Positions 38,501-50,361 of a DNA stretch of 64,000 nt are shown piece by piece. The position numbers and the translations under genes were made by a program. The notes beneath the pieces are model-generated. The model saw only the letters and a program-made list of their open reading frames with translations, made no database searches and was not told the DNA's origin. Origin of the DNA: Fimbriosthenelais zetlandica. Taxonomy: Eukaryota. The stretch is from contig OZ365110.1 of the NCBI GenBank assembly GCA_977030845.1, positions 32,550,001 to 32,614,000 on the forward strand. The letters are read 5' to 3'. Position 1 is the first letter of the stretch; every line of letters begins with the position of its first letter.

Positions 38501-41500
38501 AGTTCATCTACTAGCCACTCAAAATCAGCAGACAGCTTGTCTAGACTGGCGCCCTATGATACAGAAATTTATATTTATATCACAGAGCGATCGAAATAAC
38601 CAGTCACCAGGCCACTAAATTGTCTACTTGGCAATTTATTTGCAGTGTTAAATAGCAAAACAGCCAAATCCACTACGAAACACTTTATTCTAGAGAGAAC
38701 TACTGGATTTCTATGACCTAATCCATATACAACGATCATCAACATGACAGAGATTTGGGAAACCAAGACCAATTTCGATAGGTATTTCCCAGCTTAATTC
38801 AGCATAGATCCATCGAAGGACTATGGGCAATGTTGAATATTGATATAAATAAGAAATGTTTGGCTACCGGTAATATGAAAATGTCGGTCTCCTTTAACTA
38901 TATGAAGTAAAACTTCATGAACAACAAGCTGATTGGCCATCCGATTCCATTCCCAATTAATTACCAAATTTTCAATCCAATATCTACAATTTTGTCAGTG
39001 GGTACCTTTACCAACTGCCAAAAATTACAAGCTTCAAGATTGAAAAGAAGGTAGGAATTCAGTGGACAATGGGCTCAGTGTGTTTGGGTCCTAAAAGAAG
39101 AGAAATGGTACCTGTCTGTGTTTTGTGAGTAGGAGGAAGGCTACCAGATGTGTGCTCATAATGGCTCGAAGATTGACACAAGCTGAAAGAGAAGTGTACA
39201 AGCCTTTAGCACACAAGCTCAATATGACCGCTCAGTACTAAATGTTAATACAGTTTAACATCACTTTCATCAGTTTGTCAGTTATATCATGACGGTGCCT
39301 TCAAACATATGGCAATAGACATAAACCGGAAGTAGCCATGTCTACAAGTGGACATTTTTCTTCATACACTAGGTGGCAGGGTAACCCTCGGGCTAACGCC
39401 CTCGGATCCCCCTCCCATTCACTCGAGGGGCATACTGCCACCAATACGACTTTTCGGTCATTTCTATCTATTTACTCACTGTGTATGACATGAAGAGCCA
39501 GTGTCTGTACAGCCAGTCTGTGGTCGTCTGAAGCCATCTCAGAGAAGAGTGACTGGCTGGAGTTGGATGACCTCTGCATGGGTAGCGGGGAGAAGGGCGC
39601 CTCCTCTTGGCCGGTTAGCTGGCTCTGACACACCGTCAAATACTCCTAAATCAGATAAAAAAAAACAAATCAATTTTATAGTCAAAAATTCAAAATATCT
39701 TACAAAACTGTGAGATTTCTGGTATCGCATCCACTGTTCAATAAAAAGCAATGCAATAAAAAGCAGTTTGCCTCATAGAATAACAAACATTGTTTTCCTA
39801 ATCATAAAATTTAAAGCAATGTATATTTTATTGGATAAGTTTGATATAATATTTAAAAACAAAAAAGACCATCCTGGTGTGGTTTTGGTCTATTTTTTTG
39901 AAACATAACAAAAACAATTCAGTTCATGTAACACATAAAAACACTGATGGAAATTTCGATATTTTTTTTAGGATCGATGAATTAACAAAAATGATTAAGA
40001 TGAATTACCTTAAGAGAAAATGGCTGGCCGAAGTCGACGCGGACGTTGCCAAACTTGCCCCATATGACGTGCCAGATAGCGCTACACGCTCTCCAGAAGG
40101 TTTCCTGATGCTTTGGCAGACCCTGCCGAGTAATGGAACAAATATAAAATCGGAAATTCAAATTCATATGGTTTTACTTTATTTCAAAATTCAAGATACC
40201 AACATTGATAATCTGGTATATTAAATATTACTTTAACAATTTTTGTAAAAATTTAAATAGGATATAGTAGGTTAGTATGGATAAAATGAGACATCAGGTT
40301 TTCAGTATTCGAAGTAAAGCAAAAGAAAATCACTTACACGCAATTCCGATGTGAAATTGCCATCAATAAGTTTCTCATAACTGAAGCTAACTGGCGCGAT
40401 ATATGCGTCAGATATGGCACCTGTAACAAGGAAAAAACTTAGCGTCAATCGATGTCAGTTCGACCTAAATTCAGTTTCTTTGACCCAGATTCTAGGTTAG
40501 GCATTGGCTGGGAAAAACTAAGAAATCAGTTTTGGTTTTATAAAGTAATGTTTATACTGTAGTGTGTCGCCAAAAATAGGTGCAGTGGAACAGAGATTAA
40601 CTAAACATCCGACTCTTTCTACAAGGAAAAGATTAGTGATAGAGCCGCTTTAAGACTTTAGTAGATATATGATCTATCCAGTGAAATAGTCATTGGCTAT
40701 GCATAGGACAGACAGGAGTTTAGAGGAATTAAATATCTGAGTCTGTACAAGTAAAAAATAGTGATAGAGCCGCTTTAGGATTTTCAGTAGATATAGGTCC
40801 TTACCAGTAAGGTAGCTATCGACCACGACAGAGAGGAGGCCTCCTTTAGGATAGAGTGCCTTGCCAGTTCGTGTCCTCCCGCCTTCAATAAAGATCTCGA
40901 AGAATTCACCCTCTCGCAACAAGTCTTCCATGTACTGGAAAAAATTAAAAGGAAATCTGAAAACTTTCTACCGGCAGTACATGGTTTAAAGAGATCAATT
41001 TGTTAAAATTATTTTGAATTTTCTCAAAGTTATTGAATTGGTAGAATTGGAAATGGCTCGGAAAAAAAATCAAATAGTTTGAGAAAGTTGAAATATTTTC
41101 TAATTTAAATTATTAAACGTGGGAAACGCTCATTAAAGGTATTAAACTTACAGTGTGTAGAAGAGCCCTGTAGACGAGATCTTTTTTCCCTTTTGGTCCA
41201 TCTAACCTCCGGCGAATGAAGTAACCCCCAAGTCCCCTCATCAAGTGCCTGGTGAAGGAATATTTAACATTTGAAAATTTAATATTCAATGTTTCTCTAA
41301 ACAGTGGGAGCTGAATACAACACCTTTTGTCCATTTGGTCAAAAGATATCAATAAATAACTTCAGAGTTCTCTATCAACCAATCAACAGTAACCAACCAA
41401 CCATTATAAAAGGAAAATTAATCCCAATAGATTAATTTCGCCAATGTGGTGATAGAATGGAATATCTTTTTATCCACAGCCAAGCTGTTGGTTTTAGCCG

Positions 41501-44500
41501 TTTGCTATGTTAATGTAATTATGTAATATAATTTCTGTATATGACTCACCCAAATAATGGTATACGTAGATTATCACCAGCAGCCACGTGTGGTGCACGG
41601 ATATCGTAGTTGAAGAGGATAAAAGTGAGGAGGATATAATCCATGTGGCTCTGGTGGGTGGGCAGGAAGATGATGGGCAGTTCACGCTGAAAAACAACAA
41701 ATACTCCAAATACTATTATTGGTTACTTCAAGAAATACAATTAAGAAATATAATCCATAAATGTGTTGAGAGAGTGAGAACAAGAGTGTGAGAGAAAGAG
41801 AGAGGGAAACAGAGATACTAGAGAGATGAGGGAAAATGGGTGAGAGGGAGAGAAAGAGAGCGACTGAAGGAGAAAGAGGTAGAGAATGAATGAATGAATG
41901 AATGAATGAATGAATGAATGAATGAATGAATGAATGAATGAATGAATGACAATATAACCTACCTTACTGACGGTATCAAGTACTTTCAATTGTCCGGAGT
42001 GAACAACTATGGATGAGTAAAGTCGCCCAAGAAGCTTGTGCAGGAACCAACCAGTGAACCTAGAGCAGAAAACGCCACATATTCAACAACAGAGTAACAG
42101 ATCTGGACACAACTGATTAGACCATTACAGATCTTGGCATACGGTACCTGATTAGAGAATTACAGTTCTTGGCATACATGATTAGAGAATTACAGTTCTT
42201 GGCATACCTGATTAGAGAATTGCAGATCTTGGCATACCTGATCAGAGAATTAAAGTTCTTGGCATACCTGATAAGACCATTACAGTTCTTGGCATACCTG
42301 ATTAGAGAATTACAGATCTTGCCATATCTGATTAGAGAATTACAGTTCTTGACATACCTGATTAGAGAATTTGAGATCTTGGCTCGCATCTGTTTGATGG
42401 CACGTTTGGCACGCTTACGATGAGCAGTCATAGCAGACTGTAACGACTTTTGATCAACTTCATCTTGAGATTCAACCCCTGTAATTTATTAAGGCGAAAT
42501 ATGAATTGGTAATATACAATATAAAATAACATGAGGTATTTTTACATAAAAGTCAAAGAGCTCAGGCAATTCTCAGTCAAGTAATAATATATATTTTAGG
42601 ATTACAAAATTTTAAATGATTAGTAAAAATAAAATAAAAAATAAAAGTGGCATAAATCCTGTTTACCTAAATCCCGGAGAGCAGACTTCTGTACAGCATC
42701 AATAACCCTGAAAAATAAAATAAATGACAAAAGTGAAATAAATACAACATTTACCAAATGTCTCAATCTAATTTTTACTATAAATAATCTATTAAGCTAT
42801 ATACCACACTGCCTTCCACTGGTATAGAAACGGTCAGAATAGTTTCGGCAGAACAAGGAAACATTTGGCAGGTCTTACAAAAACCCCTCTCTGGCATTTT
42901 GAATGAAATTAGTTTTTTTTCTTTAGGGTAATATTGACAGCTTACCTAGGACTTGTGAGGACCTCTAGAGTTACATCAGGATATTTGTGGCTAACATTAC
43001 GCTGAAGTACAAAGGCTGTATGATAGAAGGTCCTTGTCCATAGTCCGTTCCTCCTGGAAATTCCAAATAGACTTTTAGTTAAAAATACTCTCATGTAATT
43101 GTGTGGTAACATTTACTGTGAATGAATAAATGAAATGAATGGATAATATGAAGATATTTCTCAATGAGAAAGTATTTCTCCAATTCCTCATTATACGAAA
43201 AATATTCATTTATATACGAAAAAGACACTCACTTTTGCATTGTATGCACTCTGAGGATATTTTGTAGGGGTTCATTTTCAACACCTTCTTTGTGGTTTTC
43301 CAGCTGCAACAAGAGAAAAGATAACTTATAGAATATAGAAACCATTACTGCATTAGATTGATGTAAGGTAACCAAGAAAGAAAACTTTATCCTTTTGATA
43401 AAAAAAAACCTTAATCATTAATTTGATTAAAAACACATTAAAACTCATGCATTTCTACAAGGTCTACTGGCAGAAATAATGCGAATAGTTTTGTTTTATT
43501 ATTAGGAGAATCATATTATATATTTAATTGGCCTACATTATAGTTAGTGAAATAATTGTTGCATAATTCATAAATTCAACTATTTGTCAGAAATCAATCT
43601 CTTTTTCACATGCATCTTAGTGCTTTAGCCTATGGTTATGAAACAGACCCCTGTCTACAGTGGGAGACATGGCTGGCCCTTGGGCGATCCATTTCCCAGC
43701 ACACGATACAAATTTTAACTTCTATCATTTGCCTTCGTGACTGATATAATAATTGAGGCACTTACTTTGCTGGTTGGCATGCAAGCACAACACCGACCCA
43801 TGTAAGGTCGACGACTCCGCTCATCCTGTGGCATGACGATTGGTGTAACCTTGAAGGAGGCGAGTGTACTGGTGGTACTGGAACTCTGTAGTCATGAGAG
43901 AAAGATGAGAGTCAGAGAGTGGTGGATAATAAAACTGACTAGATATCACATTATTACATTTGTAGAGGGTTCAGAGTACCATGTCCAAATGCAGGGTTGG
44001 CTGGGGGTGGTGGGTGGGAAGCAAGGCCCAGTAACTGATAGCAAAGGATTAAGATCTTGCATCCCATGGAGTTACATAAGATTCTGGATTCATAATAAGG
44101 ATTACCCAAATATGAGCGCCCTCAGCAATGTTAGTGTCACGACTGAGAGTTTGCAATCTACTTCACCGTATTACATAATGTTATCAGTAGAGGGAGATAG
44201 AGAAAGAGAGTGAGAGAGATTGAGAAAGAGAAGAGAGTGTGAGAGATGGCCCAGATAGAGAGGGAGGGAGGGGGAGGAAGAGAAAGAGAAAGAGAAGAGA
44301 GAGAAGAAGAGAAAGAGAAAGAGAGAGAGAGAGAAAGTGGGAGAATCTGCATATATACATGTATATAATATTTTAGAAGTTACTCGAGTAACTTCTAAAA
44401 TATTATATACATATATACATATAAAATATTATATACAAATACATGTATATACATTATACAACTTAAATAAATAAGAAATTAAATAATGATCATTATTTAA

Positions 44501-47500
44501 TTTCTTATTTATTTAAGTTTAAATAGAAAAAAGAAAACTGTTATTGTTTCTAATCCCAAACTATCATTCTACAGCCCTCTCCCCACTCAACCACCCATCC
44601 CAGATTATCACTATGAAAGGGGCCCCAGCTGTACCATCATAATCATTGGATTTTCACAGAGCTCTACGTTGAACAAGGCAGATTAAGGTTTGTTTGTATG
44701 TGAAGTCTAATGTGTACATGGTTTTTAGCACCAGCCTGGCAGTACACACCCCAGGGGTGCAACCAAGCAGAGTAATCTAGACAGTCTATTAAGGCCACAT
44801 CACTGCCGCTTACCCCGCTCCCCAGTGATAGGGGCGCACTGGGAGGGCCCAGGGGGGTTTGTACAATTGCAGGGGCGGATCCTGGGGGTGTGGGGGGCGG
44901 CGGATAAGGGGGCTAACCCCCCACCCCACAAAAAAAACCACACACAAAAAATAAAATTTTTAAAAATATGAAATACAATAATTTTAGTAATACAATTTAA
45001 AACAAATATCAATATGTTGGGTACTTTTTTCAGAGTATTGAACCCAAATCAAGACATTAGGGTGCCCAGTAGTAACCATAGGGAAAGTATAATGAATGAT
45101 CAATGGCCTTTATATCGACATTTAAATTGATTTCTAATAGTATTTCTGAATGCTCGCGTATCAGGTATCAGTTGATCAAGAACTTTACCGAGGAAAACCC
45201 AAATAATAAAAATATTTCTTACAAAAGAAAAATGAAGGAAAAGAACCTCGATTATTTTCAAAAGTGGAGCATTGTTCTCCCTTGAGAGAAAACAAATATA
45301 AGATCATTCGGTTAACCAATGTATTAAACCCTAAATACAGATTTAGGTGAACAGCATGTAGGAGACTTTAGGACCGAGACTGAAGCCGGAACCAATCCCA
45401 CTGGTCAATTTGTAAGTCGGTCTGATTGAATGGGAGCACCCCTTATATAGCCAGGCCCAGTACCCATTACAGTGCATGGAGGTCCTAGAGAACCTATCGA
45501 TCCACCTTTGGCATTGCAATGTATGGGACGCTTTTGTTCTGCAGCAAGTGTTGAATTAGTATATAGATATACAGTAAGACCTTTGTATAGTGGACTCCCT
45601 GGGGGACTGAGGAATGTTCACTATATGGAGAAATGTTCACTGATAAATGTTCACTGTTATATTGAGATGTTAACAGAGGGAGCTGTATATGACATCTCAA
45701 GAACATTGAAAACAAATATTCACTATTGAGTGGTGTTCATTAGAAGGGGCTGCATGACACCTAAAGTACACTGTTCAGTATTTAGGTGTTCACCAATCAG
45801 AGGGGGTTATATGAAACATTAAGAATATAGGAAAAAGTGTTCACTATCAGATCTATGTGTTTACTAATCAGAAGTAGACTGTATATGACACCTCCAGAAC
45901 ATTGAAAATAAAAGTTCAAGTGCTATTAACTAATGAGAGGGGTGCTATGACACGAAAAAGTTCACTATATGAGTTATGTGAGTTTTTCCTTCATACGAGA
46001 TCTACTCTGATGGAAGTTACCAGGTTGATAGCAGAACTGACATAGTCTTAAATAAATAATTATATTCTACACGGACTGAAACTCTGCACATGGTGATCGG
46101 AAAGGGTGTTTCAGAATTCTGAGGCGTGAATTGGTCGACTCAAAAGTGACTTAAAACCATATGGCTTTATGGAAAAAGTGTTCACTCCACTGAGATGACT
46201 GCTGAATTGGCAAACTCTAAACTGTTAAGTACTGACAAAAAAAACTACACGTGTTGTTTAGAAAAAGTGTTCGGAATTCCGAGGTGTTCCTTCAACTGAG
46301 GCAGTCACGAATTGAGGTTTCAATGTATTTTCTAACATTATTATATTTTCCACTGGGATGACTGCTGAATGGCTAAACTCTATACTGACTAAAACCATGT
46401 GTACTCAAGGATTCAATCTTTAGTGCATCTGAGCACCATCACACAATATACAAAGATGAGTCATGATATCTCAGGCGCCAGGAAGAGATACTTCTGTGAA
46501 TACAAACATTTTAAAACCACAATTCCGGTCAGCCTTCTAAACATTGTTATTTTAAGGGCAAAATAAAATAGCAAAACCAAAATAAAACTTTGCCCTCCAA
46601 CTCACCTCGGTTCGAAAACGAAATTGCGATATTAGCAGGAAGAGAGCCAGCCCCCAACTGCGGCCATACTCCAAGGCGGGGGTGTTCGAAAGATCCCCAG
46701 GAGGGCAGGGCAAGCATGGAAAAGTGTGCCAGTCTATTGAACAGTGCAATACTTGGGCGACTAGACTTGAACCAAGTCTTTTGGGAATTAATATCTTATT
46801 ATTAAGTTCAGTTGGAACTCAATGATCGATTAATGTGATGCTCTCTTGAAAAAGGTTTTATTTTCAGGACCCTTGAATTCAATTATTCTTTTATTTTGCA
46901 TTCTGATATTTCAGAATTCTGCAGTTATATCTGCGGGAAATTACAGACATAACTCATAAGAGACAAACGAATGTTCCCTTAAATTTTGCTGGACATGGGA
47001 CAAAATATAAATTATAAATACTGATTATAAAAATGCGAAGTTCATGTACTGGCTTTGCCATTTGAAGGAATAAATATTGAATTTTGATGCCAATTGTATT
47101 TTTATGAAAATCAAATAACATGCAATGGCAAAAAATAATTTTAAACCTGGGCTTGGAATTTATAAAGGAAAGTATCTTTTGGTCTATCTATTATAAGTGT
47201 TTTTCCCTGATTTGAAGGTCAAGATTTTCCTTGACTTGAAGTTGAGACAGTGGAACAATGAGATCAATCCATTTTCATCCACTCTTCGCCAGATATACCA
47301 GAAACAATGCCACAAACAAGTCCTCTATCTATAATAATCTGTGATCTAACAAGATAACACCATTGAGATAATAAGGACTTAAAGGTACAATTGTACTAAA
47401 CACACTAGTGAAAGTGCGGATAAGGCATAACAGGAACTGGACACAGATAGCAACATTGGGTTTTGGATCAAGTGCAGAGCCAGCTAAGTACATATATATG

Positions 47501-48753
47501 TACTTGTCTCAACGTATTTATTGGTGTGCAAACTATCTTTTATTTGTTCATAAGATTTTTCCATGTTCAAATTGGAAAAATTAAACTTCAAAAAATAAAA
47601 CCTTGAATGGATCCAATATATGGAATACCACCACAACCCCACACCCCAAACCCCAAACCCAACCGCACCACCCCCAGCCTGGCCTGGGACTCGACTGAGG
47701 AATCAAATCCTATGACCCTCCAGGTGAGTGGGCTGTGAGGAGGGAATTGTTTGTCATAGGGACGAGCGCTCGTCCAGACACACACATCTATAGTAATTCT
47801 GAGAGTCAGAGACCGCCTACTCATCTTCACCTACTGCGAGGGACACACAAATAATTCACGACTGTAGTGATCGGATTTGTTTCACTAGTGGTTTCGCCGG
47901 CATTGTAACCCAATAAAGATTAAGTCACATGTTAAAACTTCGTTCAAACGAGTTCAAAATTATAATACCTAAAGTGATAATTTTGAAGTTTTTCTGTGGA
48001 ATTTCCAAGCATGTACTACGATGAAAAGGGAGATCAATTAATGACCTTTTTCTCTAATTTAAGTTCAGCTTTCTGCTTGATGGGTTCCCTACATAGGTCT
48101 ATAGTCCTTCAAGGTGAAGTGATCTTCTGGCAGACCTGGATGAGATATAGATGTCCTATCAATTATGCATCCAGTGGCAGACAGATCATAGATACTCAGA
48201 TCATTGGAATTGCCCGGGACTTTAATGCCAATTTGTTCTGGGTGCACTATATAGATTCTAGGTTGACCAATTCTTATTATAATATAGATAATTAATTTAA
48301 TAATATAGCCTAATATATTATTCAAATTATTATTAAATATAATATAATAGTAAATTTATATACATGTAGCGCCATATTTCAACTTTGGGGCGGGGCGGGG
48401 CTTCAGTCTGCTTGTCAAAAAAGAAATGTCGTCCTGGAGATTACGTAACATGCTTTAGACTTAATGAAAAAAAATATAAAAAATACAATTTAACTTACAG
48501 ATTGGAAGATGTAGTTTTCGTCGCCGTCCCTTCTCTTCCGTCCGCGCCGTTGGTAGGTGTCAGAACGTTGTGGGGGCGGGCCTACATTTTTGAATTTTTC
48601 ACGCCAGCTGTTTCGACCTGTCGCTATCACCTTTTCATAGTCAGCTGAATTTGCATCCGTGGTTTGGGGCTTTCCACTACTGCTGCCATAGGGCCCCTTC
48701 TCCGCCCATTTGTTGTACACAACTTCAAGGTTCTTAACCAACGTCTCTGCCAT
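35598..48753 (-). CDS. GPAM: Glycerol-3-phosphate acyltransferase 1, mitochondrial; 21 coding exons, about 885 aa
   Basis: Exons (minus): 48753-48499, 43885-43766, 43303-43233, 43053-42946, 42707-42667, 42478-42358, 42059-41963, 41686-41550, 41248-41152, 40934-40805, 40420-40338, 40122-40009, 39645-39480, 39182-39112, 38553-38381, 38097-37967, 37643-37498, 37201-37124, 36829-36722, 36408-36216, 35815-35598. Phases are consistent (886 codons). Motifs: RPYMGRCC, catalytic PTHQSHMDY (HxxxxD), GGYFIRR, FEIFIEGGRTRTGK, GNVRVDFGQPFSLK, IMSTHLVA, QSDEEDE. The first coding exon is the least certain. Confidence 0.93.
35905..36183. repeat. Degenerate ~21-bp CATGG-rich minisatellite in the last GPAM intron
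   Basis: Recurring CATGGCTGGTCATGGC-type units. These account for the short spurious ORFs on both strands. Confidence 0.85.
38165..38345 (-). mobile_element. tRNA-derived SINE with conserved central domain; other fragments at 14352-14505 and 58238-58383
   Basis: Minus strand has a tRNA-like head (GGTGGTGTAG..GGTTCAAACC) followed by GGTCATACC..CCTCGCTTGGCACTCAGCA..GACTGGTCAACCCCG. The same blocks recur in the other two copies. Confidence 0.75.
41884..41948. repeat. (GAAT)n microsatellite
   Basis: Uninterrupted GAAT run in a GPAM intron. Confidence 0.97.
42113..42380. repeat. 30-bp minisatellite (about 9 units) spanning a GPAM exon/intron junction
   Basis: Plus-strand unit ATTAGAGAATTACAGTTCTTGGCATACCTG is in exact 30-bp register from 42151 to 42360, with degenerate flanks. 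Confidence 0.97.
44189..44345. repeat. Polypurine (GA)-rich tract
   Basis: About 155 bp of almost pure A/G (GAGAGA, GAAAA, GGGAGGG). Confidence 0.9.
44359..44519. repeat. Two adjacent perfect loop-less palindromes (44359-44412, 54 bp; 44460-44519, 60 bp)
   Basis: Checked base by base. Arms are 27 bp around CTC|GAG and 30 bp around GA|TC. Confidence 0.95.
45570..46330. mobile_element. Decayed Tigger-like non-autonomous elements with internal TGTTCACT repeats
   Basis: Starts TACAGTAAGACC, contains many (G/A)TGTTCACT units, and ends AATTGAGGTTTCAATGTA. Boundaries are approximate. Confidence 0.5.
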
Positions 48754-49954
48754 CTCTTATTCTGAAAGTGGGATTGAAGGGCTAGTGAAAGGTGAAAGTG
48801 AATCGACATGTGAAAGTGAAATTACATGTAAGTACTGACAGACAAGAATGTTATCAAAGATCATGGATTAAATACTCATTTAACAATAATGTCATAATGT
48901 CAAGGGCAAATGACTGAATGGGCTTATATTCATGGCGAGAATGATTCAAATCGTTAATATTAATAGCAAGGGCTACCGGTAATGTATAGGGCCCAGGCGG
49001 CCTACTCATTGGGACATTCAGTCAGTGGGACTGATTGATTGATTGTAAAATTTGTATGGTTGTTTAATTTCACGTCTATAATTTGGGCTACAAACTTCAT
49101 TGTATAGAACCCTAGGCCATATAATTAAATATAGGCATACTGGTACATCATAGGATTTAAAAGTAGATCAGGTGAGCTCGTTTTAGAAAGATTGCTTTCA
49201 TCTATCTTTTTAAAATTCTTTCCTACATGTCATAGACATAGCCTATGTATAGATAATAGCCACCTAGGCTAGAAATTAATATTTCATTTAGCAGCTAGCC
49301 TAGGTATATGAAAGTGTTTGGTACGGCCTAATAATGAGCCGTATTTTCTTATGCTAAACATTTTTACAACCAATACTAAATGGCAAATTATTGTGAATGT
49401 GTAGCCTAGCCCTAGGCCTATTGCCATGGCAATACACATTCACAATAGGCTAGGCCTACATGATGTCAGATGACGGGTCTGTTATGATAATTATGTGTAT
49501 TGGATTCGGACATTCAAATATCCTGCAGGGATGCATTCTGATTTAAAAATAAATTTTAAAATTTAGTACCCCGGTAGATCTCTTGCCAGTCTTGGGACAT
49601 TCTGGAAATGAAAATAAACAGGTCTAGTATTATCAAATGGCAAATGCCCAGCATCCAGTTCCTTGCACTTCGAATAGTCTGAAAACATACAACATATCCC
49701 TGGGAATAATAATGCGCATAAATAAATCTCTGCCTTATGATCAGATGATAATCACTGATGTTGACACCGTATGCTGAGCCGAGAAGACCGACACTCACAG
49801 AGAAAGAGACCGGCAAGGGCCAAGGCGGCATGCGCATTTTTATGAATCATCCATACCTAATAAAATAGGCGCAGTAGCATGCTCCAATTTCTCAGAGCAC
49901 GAGAAAGCACAGTCCATGCCAAATGTAAACATATCAAGGAAAATGGTCGGTTAC

Positions 49955-50361
49955 CTTCAACTGTCGAGAAAATTTCTTCTCCACATTTTCCGTCTTGGAT
50001 CAAAACCATGAGCGATAACACATTCATGCACAAGGTCGATCTTCAGGAATGAATACACCAAATTTGAGGTCAGCGAAAATACAACGATTTGTGGGTGATT
50101 TAATATTAGATAAATTCGCCGTAGATGTAAATAAGTTCTTTCTTATGGATATCATATTATAGCTAAAGAAGAACTATTCATATGTTATAAACGGAGGCAA
50201 TATTTTACATGATTTATAGATTCATTGTTCTGAGACCTAAGTACGGTGGCCCAAAATTATAAAATCGCCGCGCGTCATAGTTCTGATTCTGTCCGCGAGG
50301 GGTCAGAACAGTTCTGTCTTCTGATCGCGTGTGGACTTTACATCTAACAAGCAACATCAAA
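49955..50361. promoter_or_regulatory. Probable bidirectional promoter GPAM (minus) / BRIX1 (plus)
   Basis: CpG-rich segment (CGCCGCGCG, CCGCG, GATCGCG) lies just upstream of the BRIX1 ATG. A minus-strand donor AAG|GTAACC at 49955/49954 could end a non-coding GPAM exon 1, and the GPAM ATG exon has its own acceptor near 48762. Confidence 0.5.

Noticed and set aside
40624-40800. Third splice-site duplication next to the GPAM donor at 40804
   Set aside because: The ~50-bp duplicated intron segment does not include the GT donor in its second copy.
19571-42380. CRISPR-like arrays at 19571-19712 or 42113-42380
   Set aside because: The units are head-to-tail with no unique spacers, the context is eukaryotic, and there are no cas genes.
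46606-46733. Cassette exon in GPAM intron 1
   Set aside because: It has good-looking splice sites, but 128 nt is frameshifting and the peptide is unrecognisable. It would need RNA evidence.
47996-48325. Antiparallel ORFs of 99 and 78 aa in GPAM intron 1
   Set aside because: No homology was recognised and there are no convincing splice sites; this is within chance expectation.
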